This document shows, in pieces, positions 1-9,679 of a stretch of DNA of 31,968 bases. A program made the position numbers and the translations under genes. Each line of letters opens with the position of its first letter. The stretch's first letter is position 1. This stretch comes from a virus (Duplodnaviria > Caudoviricetes), in IMG/VR virus record IMGVR_UViG_3300012921_000064, positions 1 to 31,968 of that record; one strand, 5' to 3'. The notes under the pieces were generated by a model. The model was not told the DNA's origin and made no database searches. It saw only the letters and a list, made by a program, of their open reading frames with translations.

Positions 1-2424
<2,424 letters not shown>

Positions 2425-2447
2425 GAAATTCTTGAGCAAGGAAGTCG

Positions 2448-2476
2448 AAAGCCGGGCTTGAACGCCCGGCTTTTTT
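2448..2476 (+). terminator. Rho-independent terminator after lon
   Basis: AAAGCCGGGC-ttgaac-GCCCGGCTTTTTT hairpin plus T tract. Confidence 0.85.
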
Positions 2477-2612
2477 GTGAAAAACCGCAGAAATCCGGGA
2501 AAAGTCGGCACTCCGGCCGACTTTGGACCTTGGTTGCGGCAACAGCTTTTCCTAGAGTTCGGGTCCTGCCGGCTGAGTCGAAGTCCCGGTTTTTCTGAGG
2601 AAGGGAATCTAG

Positions 2613-2885
2613 ATGAACAAAAATGAGCTCGTGTCAGCCGTCGCTGACGAGGCAAAGCTTTCGAAGAGCGATGCGCAGACTGCAGTGGATGCGGTGTTTG
2701 CCGTCATCACCAAGGAGCTGAAGCGGGGCGGGGACGTTCGGCTCGTCGGCTTCGGCAATTTCTCGGTCACGAAGCGTGCGGCCTCCACCGGCCGTAACCC
2801 GCAGACGGGCGCTGCCGTGAAGATCCCGGCGCGCAAGGTGCCGAAGTTCTCGGCCGGCAAGGGCCTGAAGGACGCCGTGAACTGA
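2613..2885 (+). CDS. hupB: DNA-binding protein HU
   Basis: 90 aa MNKNELV...GFGNF...GRNPQTG...PKFSAGKGLKDAVN; classic position downstream of lon; RBS GGAAGGGA. Confidence 0.97.
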   Translation: MNKNELVSAVADEAKLSKSDAQTAVDAVFAVITKELKRGGDVRLVGFGNFSVTKRAASTGRNPQTGAAVKIPARKVPKFSAGKGLKDAVN

Positions 2886-2911
2886 TTCTTTTCTCCCACT
2901 GCCGGGAGGCG

Positions 2912-2939
2912 AAAAGCCGGGCTCTTGCCCGGCTTTTTT
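2912..2939. terminator. Bidirectional intrinsic terminator after HU
   Basis: AAAAGCCGGGC-tctt-GCCCGGCTTTTTT. Confidence 0.85.
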
Positions 2940-2967
2940 CGTGTGCGTAGGGCGCGAGGCAGGCAGC

Positions 2968-3012
2968 AGGGCAGTAGGGCAGTAGGGCAGTAGGGCAGTA
3001 GGGCAGTAGGGC
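2968..3012. repeat. 8-bp tandem repeat (AGGGCAGT) x5.6
   Basis: Five perfect copies plus a partial copy, read directly. Confidence 0.95.
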
Positions 3013-3207
3013 GAGGCGGCCTCGGTGTGCCACGCTTCAAATGCAAGCATCCGCCAGACACGCGCGAGGCGCGCGACTGGCTCGCCGGCCGCGACGAGGC
3101 GGCAAGGATCATGCGCGAGGAGGATGACGGGAAGCAGCGGCGCGGTGCCCGATCCCCGCCGGAAGCGGCAATTTCCGCGCAGCTGTGCAATCAGGCGGGC
3201 AGGACGC

Positions 3208-3633
3208 CTATGCCGCCCGCCGCATCCACAGGCGTTCGCCAAAGCGGCGGAAGTAGCGGGCGAAGGTGGCAGCTTCCTGCATTGCCGGAAGCCTATGCGG
3301 CGCGGCCGACCAGTGGCGGCGGCGACAGCGGTCGATTTCCCGCCGGATCAGCCGGCGGAACTCGTCGACCGCATCCTCGGCTGACAGCGCAAGGCCGCCA
3401 TCGAGGAAGGCGAAGTAAGGCGAGCGGCTGAAGGTCGCCGGGACCTCGATCGCCTCGTCGATGCGCTCGACGAGACGCGCGCGACGCGCTGCCAACCATG
3501 CGGCCTGCGCGCGATCCGCGACGGCCTCGAAGGCGATGACCCGGCTGTCCGGCGGCGTCGTTGTCGTACCCCAGGCCTTGCGGTTCTGGGTGGCGGCCAG
3601 CGCCCGGAAATCGCGGTCGGTTTGTCGGGGCAT
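3208..3633 (-). CDS. Hypothetical phage early-left protein
   Basis: 141 aa helical-looking ORF directly downstream of the leftward promoter/operator cluster. Confidence 0.65.
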   Translation of the reverse strand: MPRQTDRDFRALAATQNRKAWGTTTTPPDSRVIAFEAVADRAQAAWLAARRARLVERIDEAIEVPATFSRSPYFAFLDGGLALSAEDAVDEFRRLIRREIDRCRRRHWSAAPHRLPAMQEAATFARYFRRFGERLWMRRAA

Positions 3634-3655
3634 TCGAGTGTGGATTCGTCCGATA

Positions 3656-3717
3656 TACGCATCGAGCGTATATGCAAATTGCGTATATAGTCAACGCAGG
3701 AAAACGCATTTTGCGTT
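3656..3717 (-). promoter_or_regulatory. Left operator cluster (three 15-bp palindromes) with leftward promoter
   Basis: TACGCATCGAGCGTA 3656-3670, TATGCAAATTGCGTA 3671-3685, AACGCATTTTGCGTT 3703-3717; minus-strand TTGACT-N18-TACGCT overlaps them. Confidence 0.8.
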
Positions 3718-3839
3718 TGTTTTTTGGGTCATGCGACCCTGATTGGCTTCGGCGCCGCCCCCTCTCGAGCAATCCTAAGCCTGGCTTCGCCAAGCAAAGG
3801 ATTGCTGCCTCGCGGCAAGGGGGAGATAGGGCGGCGCTG

Positions 3840-4439
3840 CTATCTGGGGACCATGCGCTTGACCTTGGCGGCCCAGGCGATCTCGACGTCGAGGATGGGG
3901 GCTTCGGTGTTCGAGATGAGGTGAAAGAGGCCCGGCACTTTGGAACGCTGGACCTGTTTCACCAGCACGCGGTCATCGTTCAGGCCGACGACGCAGAGCC
4001 GCCCGATCATGTCGGGCGTCACCGGCGAGCGGACCTCATCATAGAACACCAGCCACTGGTTGAACACCGCCCCCAGGCTGTCGCCGCGGATTTCCACCGC
4101 CACCGTGTCGGGTGTGGAATCCTCCGGCGCCGGCACGGTCTCGAAGGGGCCCTGGCCTTCGCCGAAGTAATTTGCCGCAGCGCCGGCGCCGACAAAACCC
4201 AGCACCGGCACCTCGCGCGGCTCCACCGGCGCCTGGCCGCGGCCGGTGAGCAGCCAGTCGGTCGACACCTTGAACTTGCGGGCATACTGCATCAACTGCT
4301 CGCGCTTCGGCCCGCGGCTGCCGTTCTCATGGCCAGCATAGGTCGAATAAGAGAGCCCGAGCGTGTCGGCAGCCTCGCGGGCGCTGTCGTAACCCGCAGC
4401 TTCGCGCGCCTGTCTCAGCCTGTCAGCAACTGTCACCAT
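3840..4439 (-). CDS. CI-like repressor (XRE HTH + S24 autopeptidase)
   Basis: HTH (RLRQAREAAG...AADTLGLSYSTYAGHENG...VSTDWLLTG), Ala-Gly site in VGAG, catalytic Ser (GDSL) and Lys (VKQ); start probably ATG 4439 without RBS. Confidence 0.93.
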   Translation of the reverse strand: MVTVADRLRQAREAAGYDSAREAADTLGLSYSTYAGHENGSRGPKREQLMQYARKFKVSTDWLLTGRGQAPVEPREVPVLGFVGAGAAANYFGEGQGPFETVPAPEDSTPDTVAVEIRGDSLGAVFNQWLVFYDEVRSPVTPDMIGRLCVVGLNDDRVLVKQVQRSKVPGLFHLISNTEAPILDVEIAWAAKVKRMVPR

Positions 4440-4441
4440 GC

Positions 4442-4505
4442 CACGCATTTTGCATAGATATCCTACGCAAAAGGCGTTGACAATGAGTTACGCAAAAAGC
4501 ATAAC
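4442..4505 (+). promoter_or_regulatory. Right operator cluster (three 15-bp palindromes) with rightward promoter
   Basis: CACGCATTTTGCATA 4442-4456, TACGCAAAAGGCGTT 4464-4478, TACGCAAAAAGCATA 4489-4503; TTGACA at 4477-4482, N17, CATAAC. Confidence 0.82.
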
Positions 4506-4545
4506 AAGTGCATGGTCAGTTCAACGAACATTGCGCCAAAGAATT

Positions 4546-4623
4546 CCGCCGCCGCCCCCTCCGGCGCGCGGACAGGCCGGCACTGCCTGCCCCTCCTCCC
4601 CGGGCAGTGCCGGCCGCTTTCTT
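4546..4623 (+). ncRNA. Candidate cuckoo-like structured RNA / attenuator (hairpins with anti-SD loops)
   Basis: 15-bp stem 4575-4589/4601-4615 with loop CCCCTCCTCCC, preceded by a weaker hairpin with a CCCCTCC loop and followed by TTTTCTT. Confidence 0.45.
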
Positions 4624-4648
4624 CGGCACCGCGCACGGGGGAGCGGGC

Positions 4649-4798
4649 ATGAAGAGATTTCCCGTGCAACTCACCAAACTCATCTCCGGCACGGTTCGCG
4701 CCAGCGACCCGAATACGGGCGACTGGGCGGAGGCCGAGACAGCCGCGGAGGCGCTCGCAGAGCTTCGCCGCCGGCAAAGCGCACGAGCAGCCGCATGA
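4649..4798 (+). CDS. Small hypothetical phage protein (49 aa)
   Basis: RBS GGGGAG; ATGA overlap with the next gene. Confidence 0.6.
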   Translation: MKRFPVQLTKLISGTVRASDPNTGDWAEAETAAEALAELRRRQSARAAA

Positions 4799-5118
4799 GC
4801 CTGGTCGCGCTGGAAGAAGAGGCGCGGGAGCTGATCCGTGCGCGACCTGGCTTCGCGATCCTCATCGCCGAGCTTCTTGCTGATCCGGGGAAGATGCCGC
4901 GGGCCGGGCTGACGCGGCGCGAAAGCGAGGCGCTGAGCTTCATCAGGGCCTATGGCGCGGCAAGAGAGGGGATGTCGCCGAGCTATGCGGAGATAGCGTC
5001 CGCCATCGGCCTGAGGGCGAAGAGCGGCGTGCACCGGATCGTCACGAGGCTCGAGGAGCGCGGGCATCTCAGGCGGCTCGCGGGGCAGGCGCGTTCGCTG
5101 GCGGTGAAGAACGGGTAG
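4795..5118 (+). CDS. LexA-type winged-helix DNA-binding-domain protein (no peptidase domain)
   Basis: LTRRESEALSFI...PSYAEIASAIGLRAKSGVHRIVTRLEERGHLRR...ARSL closely follows the alphaproteobacterial LexA N-domain pattern; 107 aa. Confidence 0.85.
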   Translation: MSLVALEEEARELIRARPGFAILIAELLADPGKMPRAGLTRRESEALSFIRAYGAAREGMSPSYAEIASAIGLRAKSGVHRIVTRLEERGHLRRLAGQARSLAVKNG

Positions 5119-5282
5119 GCCCGCGACCCGTGAGCGCGGGCGAACGAAAGCGACGCGGGAATGAAGCGCGGGGCGTTCCTTCCAACACCCCTCAACCGTC
5201 TCGGCGCGCAAGCGCGTCGATCCACCTTTTCCCACGAGGGGAGAAGGAAGGCCGCGATCACTCCAAACAAGGATGCCAAACC

Positions 5283-5636
5283 ATGCGCAATGACGATTTC
5301 GACGACATGCGGGAGATCGACCGGTGGCTGCTGAAGCTGCTGGCCGCGATCGTGGTCATTGTCGGGCTCGGGCTGATCTGGTCGGAGGCCAGGGCGCATG
5401 ACTGGTTTCCGCCGAACTGCTGCTCGGGTTTCGACTGCAAGGTCATCCCGCAAAGCCAGGTCAAGGCGAGCCGAAACGGTTTCGTCATTCCCGGCAATCC
5501 GGAGGTGGTGCCGTACAGCTCGCCGAAGATCAGGCAGACACCGCCCGAAGGCGGCGGCAATTTCGCGCTCTGCACCAAGGGCGGGAAGCCGGACGGCGCG
5601 GTGATCTGTCTCTACATCCCGACCTGGGGGAGCTAG
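5283..5636 (+). CDS. Cys-rich exported/membrane-anchored phage protein
   Basis: Hydrophobic segment ending ARA, then HDWFPPNCCSGFDC...C...C; RBS AAGGA. Confidence 0.75.
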   Translation: MRNDDFDDMREIDRWLLKLLAAIVVIVGLGLIWSEARAHDWFPPNCCSGFDCKVIPQSQVKASRNGFVIPGNPEVVPYSSPKIRQTPPEGGGNFALCTKGGKPDGAVICLYIPTWGS

Positions 5637-5888
5637 ATGCAGCTTGCCTTCGCGCCCCGTGCAAAACTCGTAGCCTTCTTCGAGGAAGGCTGGCGGCTGA
5701 TCCCGGGCCATGATTACCGCGCGGCCGACTGGGCGATCCTCGTCTTCCTGCCGCACGACCGGCGTGCGGCGCCGGCGGAACTGATGCAGCGCTGGGCGCG
5801 CCGCTTCCAGCGTCCGCGCCGTGCCCCGATCAGCAACAAAAGTGCTGCCGCCAGAGACAAACGCTGCGTGCTCAAACCGGTGCCTTGA
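5637..5888 (+). CDS. Hypothetical phage protein
   Basis: 83 aa ORF abutting the previous stop codon, in operon. Confidence 0.55.
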   Translation: MQLAFAPRAKLVAFFEEGWRLIPGHDYRAADWAILVFLPHDRRAAPAELMQRWARRFQRPRRAPISNKSAAARDKRCVLKPVP

Positions 5889-5900
5889 GGGGAGAAGTCC

Positions 5901-6422
5901 ATGAGCTGGTATGCAGTCAAAACTGCGCCGGGGGCGCAGCTCGCGCAGCGCGAGTATCAGGTCGAGACGACCCGCAGCGTCAAGGGCTATCGCATCGTGC
6001 CCTCGCTCAACCCGCACGTCTCGGCGGTCGAGCGCGCACTGAAGGACAATGGCTTCATCTTCTATATGCCGGCGGAGAAGCGACTGGTGCGCGACCGCCG
6101 CCGCACCGACCTCTGGAAGGTCAGGCGCTTCGCTTTGATGGTCGGCTACCTGTTCGTGAAAGACCCGCACGACTGGCTGTTGCTCGAGGAGACGCCGGGA
6201 GTCGCCGGCGTGCTCCGCTCGGCCGAGGGTCGACCGCTCGAGGTGGCTCTCGAGGACGTCCTGGTGGTGCGGGCGGCGGAAGCCCAGGCCGAGGTGGAGT
6301 TCGATCGCGCCTCGCGCGCGGCGCGGCAGAAGCTGCGGCAGAAAGCGAAGACCGATGCGCGGCTTCAGGCGCTGGTCGAGAAGCTCGATATTGCGGGATT
6401 GGTTACCGTCCTCGAAGGGTAG
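5901..6422 (+). CDS. NusG-family (NGN) antiterminator paralog
   Basis: MSWYAVKTAPG, YMP, GYLFV and TPGVAGVL motifs of the NGN domain; RBS GAGGGGAG; KOW domain not evident. Confidence 0.85.
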   Translation: MSWYAVKTAPGAQLAQREYQVETTRSVKGYRIVPSLNPHVSAVERALKDNGFIFYMPAEKRLVRDRRRTDLWKVRRFALMVGYLFVKDPHDWLLLEETPGVAGVLRSAEGRPLEVALEDVLVVRAAEAQAEVEFDRASRAARQKLRQKAKTDARLQALVEKLDIAGLVTVLEG

Positions 6423-6486
6423 GCGGTTGGCTGCAGGGCGCAGGGCGGTAGAATTTCCTGCGCTGCGGGATTTCGTGCGGTTGCGC

Positions 6487-7569
6487 CTATTTTTGCCGCG
6501 GCTCCGGGAGGTGCTGGCCGGCCGTGACCAGGCGGCCGGCACGCTGCTGCATGACGGCCTCGGCGAGGCTGCGCGCGACGTTGCGAACCTCCTCTTGCAT
6601 CTCGGTGTCGACGTCGAGCTCTTCATGGCTGGTGGCATACGGCTTCCAATAGCCGATGTAGCGATCGAGCTCGGCGAGTGGTCCCGCGGGCACAAGCCGC
6701 ATGAAACGCAGCCAGTCGGAGACCGAGCGGCGTGCGTTTTCGGCACCTTCGACGTCGCCATGCACAGCCACGGCGAAGAGGCGGCCGGCGAGATGGCGCG
6801 GATAGTCCCAGCCGTCGAGCTCGATCTTCTTTGCCCTGGCCGCGTCCTTGCCCTGCGTCAGCGTCGGGTCGGGATTGCCGCCGTCGGCGCACACCATGCG
6901 GTCCATCATCAGCTTCAGCGGCGAGGACACGTGATACCAGTTCACCGGGCTGATGATCATGATGCCGTGCGCCGCCACCCATAGCGGATAGATCTCGTTC
7001 ATCCAGTCCTGCGTCTGGCCGAGCGCGTGGTTCGGGTAGCAGGAGCAGGGCCAGTGGCAGAGCGGCGCGGCAGTCGAGAAGCACGCCTTGCAGGGGTGAA
7101 TGTTGCGTCCGTACTCCGAGGCCAGTCGCGACAGGTCGAGAAGGTCGACGGCAAGGCCGGCGTCTTCGAACGCCTTCTCAGAAAGCTGCGCGAGCCGGTA
7201 GCTTTTCGACATCTCGCCAGGGCAGGTGTGCTCGCTGCGCGAGGAGCCGTTGATGAGAAGGACGCGCGGGACCTGGGCAGTGTCGTCGTGGTGCTTTTGA
7301 GCTTCAGCAATCGCTTGCCGGGCGGCCAGCCAGTCGGCCGACAGATCATAGCCGGGATCGGCGAACCCGGCGCCGGCCTTGCGGGTGATCGGCGACTTGC
7401 GGGATTCGGCGTAAGCCTGCCAGGCGATATCCGCGATCCTGCCCAGCGCCTCCCGGTGCGGCTCGAAGGCGGGGTCGACGAATTGCTCGGCATAGCGGCG
7501 CTTGAACTCGACTTCCGAAAGTTTTGGGCTGGGCATGCCCTTGCGTGGTTTCATCGCGATCCGTTTCAT
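6487..7569 (-). CDS. Flavodoxin-family / NADPH-dependent FMN reductase-like protein
   Basis: LINGSSR FMN loop, HPCKACFS...CHWPCSC, SPVNWY...LKLMMDR, VHGD; start at 7569 or 7554. Confidence 0.88.
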   Translation of the reverse strand: MKRIAMKPRKGMPSPKLSEVEFKRRYAEQFVDPAFEPHREALGRIADIAWQAYAESRKSPITRKAGAGFADPGYDLSADWLAARQAIAEAQKHHDDTAQVPRVLLINGSSRSEHTCPGEMSKSYRLAQLSEKAFEDAGLAVDLLDLSRLASEYGRNIHPCKACFSTAAPLCHWPCSCYPNHALGQTQDWMNEIYPLWVAAHGIMIISPVNWYHVSSPLKLMMDRMVCADGGNPDPTLTQGKDAARAKKIELDGWDYPRHLAGRLFAVAVHGDVEGAENARRSVSDWLRFMRLVPAGPLAELDRYIGYWKPYATSHEELDVDTEMQEEVRNVARSLAEAVMQQRAGRLVTAGQHLPEPRQK

Positions 7570-7587
7570 GCTCGTTGCCGCGGACGT

Positions 7588-7672
7588 AACGTGCCGGCGC
7601 GCACGAGGTTCACTGTCGTCAGGCGCAGCCCAAGGCCGCGCGGCGGTGGAACTTCGATCCGGAACAGGAGTT
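7588..7672. promoter_or_regulatory. Divergent EcfG/RpoE2-type general-stress promoters
   Basis: Plus strand GGAAC-N17-GTT (7648-7672); minus strand TGAAC-N16-CGTT (7612-7588). Confidence 0.6.
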
Positions 7673-7720
7673 GCTATGGCAGCCGGCCAGGCGGGCCGGA
7701 GCATTTTCGGAGCAGCACAA

Positions 7721-7975
7721 ATGGGTTGGCTGGTCGCCGCGCTCGTCGGCGCCATTATCGGCGCCTTGGCCGAAGTCTCCATACGGAGCAGCTTCGGTGC
7801 CTTGGGAAACGTGCTGGCCGGCATAACCGGCGCAGTGGTCGGCAACGCCGCAATCCTCTATCTGGGGTCCCATCTCGGCGACGATGTGAGCTTCGCACTC
7901 GCGGCAATCGTGGGCGCGCCCATACTGATCGGTGTGACGCGGATGCTGCGTTCGCAACCCACGATCCTGGGCTAG
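7721..7975 (+). CDS. GlsB/YeaQ/YmgE-family (transglycosylase-associated) membrane protein
   Basis: MGWLVAALVGAIIGALA...GNVLAGITGAVVG...AIVGA; three hydrophobic segments; RBS GGAG. Confidence 0.85.
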   Translation: MGWLVAALVGAIIGALAEVSIRSSFGALGNVLAGITGAVVGNAAILYLGSHLGDDVSFALAAIVGAPILIGVTRMLRSQPTILG

Positions 7976-8028
7976 GGATGCATGCGAATTTTTTCTTCGG
8001 CGCAATGAAGATTGTTGCGAATTGCCGC

Positions 8029-8202
8029 TTGACACTGAGACTGATATAGGAATAAATACCTACACAAGGGTGAACGGCACAACACTGCCGGTTTTTGAGG
8101 CGACGGGGATTCGTCCCGGCTTCCAGCGAGGTCATCACCGCCTCGCGTTTGGGCTCCTATCGCCCGGATTGGCGAACAGGCTCGCGCAGGCGGGGCTTTT
8201 TT
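8029..8202 (+). promoter_or_regulatory. Putative late promoter and terminator-containing leader
   Basis: TTGACA at 8029-8034 with AT-rich -10 region near 8052-8058; imperfect GC hairpin plus T6 at 8178-8202 ahead of terS. Confidence 0.5.
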
Positions 8203-8260
8203 GCCGACGTGTTGCCGGTCGGCAAAGCCCCTCGGTTCGACATTTTTGCTCAGAGGCTAC

Positions 8261-8926
8261 ATGCCGCCCAAGAAAATCGAGCGGCGCCCCTTCGTGCGTT
8301 ATTCGCCCGAGACCGCAGCGAAAATCTGCGCAGGGCTGGCCGATGGCCGCAAGCTGCGCTCGATCTGCGCCGATGACGGGATGCCGGCGGAAGCAACAGT
8401 GTTTCGCTGGCTGGCGGTTTACCCCGATTTCCGCACGCTCTACGACGACGCCCGCAGAGGCAATGGCGGGACTCGCTATTCACCTCAGCTCGGCGCCGCA
8501 ATCTGCGAAGCGCTCGCCGAGGGCCGCAGCCTGCGGTCGATCTGCGCCGACGAAGAAATGCCGGGCAGATCGACCGTCTTTCGCTGGCTGGATGAGCACG
8601 CCGAGTTCCGCGTACTCTATGCGCGGGCCCGCGCGGTGCAGGCGGAAACGTTTTTCGACGAGACTATCGAGATCGCGGATGACGCGCGCAACGACTGGAT
8701 GGAGCGCCGTACGCAGAAAGACGCCAGCTGGGTCGCCAATGGCGAGAACATCCAGCGCTCGAAGCTGCGCATCGATACGCGCAAATGGGTCGTCGCGAAG
8801 CTCAGCCCGAAAAAGTATGGCGACAAGGTCGAGCTGGCGGAGACTGCCGACGTGCCGGTGGTCAAGGTTGTTCGGGAGATTGTGAAGGCGGGGAGGAAGA
8901 AGGGGGTTAGAGCAGTAGAGCGATAG
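8261..8926 (+). CDS. terS: Terminase small subunit (Sf6 gp1-like) with tandemly duplicated HTH domain
   Basis: Two copies of RYSP..AA.IC..LA.GR.LRSICAD..MP...TVFRWL, then IEIADD...RSKLRIDTRKW...KLSPKKYGDK. Confidence 0.9.
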   Translation: MPPKKIERRPFVRYSPETAAKICAGLADGRKLRSICADDGMPAEATVFRWLAVYPDFRTLYDDARRGNGGTRYSPQLGAAICEALAEGRSLRSICADEEMPGRSTVFRWLDEHAEFRVLYARARAVQAETFFDETIEIADDARNDWMERRTQKDASWVANGENIQRSKLRIDTRKWVVAKLSPKKYGDKVELAETADVPVVKVVREIVKAGRKKGVRAVER

Positions 8927-9038
8927 GAATTGGTTCTCGCACCTTCGGTCTCATTCTCGATAACCTTGCGGTTTTCTTCTTCCAATGAAGGGGTTATGTA
9001 TCAAGAAAATGGTTGATAAGTATACATCGTGCCGTCTC

Positions 9039-9308
9039 TCAGACGGCGATGTCCTTATTCGGGCGCTGATCGCGGATGACCGATTCCCGCAGCTTGTCTA
9101 CCACCTTAAGCATGTGCGCGCCACGGACGTCGACTTTTTCGGAGCCGATCATGGCCACCTGCGCGGCGTATTCGAAAGCTTCTTCGAAGACTGCCATGTC
9201 GGTTCCGCGCTTGGCGAGGGCATTCATCAGACCGACAAGTAAGGCCTGAACGGCAAGACCTGAGCCGGCGAGATAGAGAATATCGACCTGTGTGCTGTCC
9301 TCTGACAT
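9039..9308 (-). CDS. Hypothetical protein (cargo)
   Basis: 89 aa, RBS GGGAG, helical composition; lower-GC context. Confidence 0.65.
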   Translation of the reverse strand: MSEDSTQVDILYLAGSGLAVQALLVGLMNALAKRGTDMAVFEEAFEYAAQVAMIGSEKVDVRGAHMLKVVDKLRESVIRDQRPNKDIAV

Positions 9309-9364
9309 GGTCCCGCTCCCCAAAGGATAGGGAGCTATCATGGCAGTGCTGGTTTGGGGGAAGT

Positions 9365-9646
9365 CTAGTCGCAGGCTACTGGTTGGTAGAGCTGCATATC
9401 TATCACCAACGCGTCTCCGACGAAAATGTAGGGGTGCATGTTGCCAGCCTCGTCGGTGGCGACCCTGGTCGAGATACCGGTCCCAGCCGAACCAGTCGTC
9501 AGCGTTGTTTCGTTGGCGCCACGGGTCCAGCGAAAGCCGCCATCGATTTCAACGATCTTCCAATTCGGGTCGTCGACAAATTCGTAACAGCTCTTATCAG
9601 CCAAGGCCGGCGTAGCCGACAGCAGCAGAGCGAGCAGCGTCTTCAT
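9365..9646 (-). CDS. Small secreted protein, 'AGTG' family copy 1 (putative peptidoglycan-hydrolase inhibitor)
   Basis: Signal peptide MKTLLALLLSATPALA, two Cys, TGSAGTG motif; paralogous to 29084-29857 and 30577-30897. Confidence 0.8.
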   Translation of the reverse strand: MKTLLALLLSATPALADKSCYEFVDDPNWKIVEIDGGFRWTRGANETTLTTGSAGTGISTRVATDEAGNMHPYIFVGDALVIDMQLYQPVACD

Positions 9647-9679
9647 TTCACGTTCGTTCCTTCTGGAAGGGAATATCGG

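Noticed and set aside
2968-3012. CRISPR array
   Set aside because: Spacer-less 8-bp tandem repeat; the larger palindromes are dispersed rather than regularly spaced; no cas genes
2886-3207. tRNA or attachment site after HU
   Set aside because: No cloverleaf, TTC-loop arm or CCA end, and no integrase nearby
3027-3431. ORF starting MPRFKCKHPPDTREARDWLAG (faint RMF-like look)
   Set aside because: Only the first ~35 aa look protein-like, and the rest overlaps the better minus-strand ORF; at most a remnant
8985-9242. Plus-strand 85-aa ORF
   Set aside because: Shadow of the minus-strand 9039-9308 gene, which has a clear RBS
9290-9679. N-terminal extension of the 521-aa hydrolase ORF
   Set aside because: Overlaps the antisense secreted-protein gene; a good RBS and the domain start point to ATG 9680
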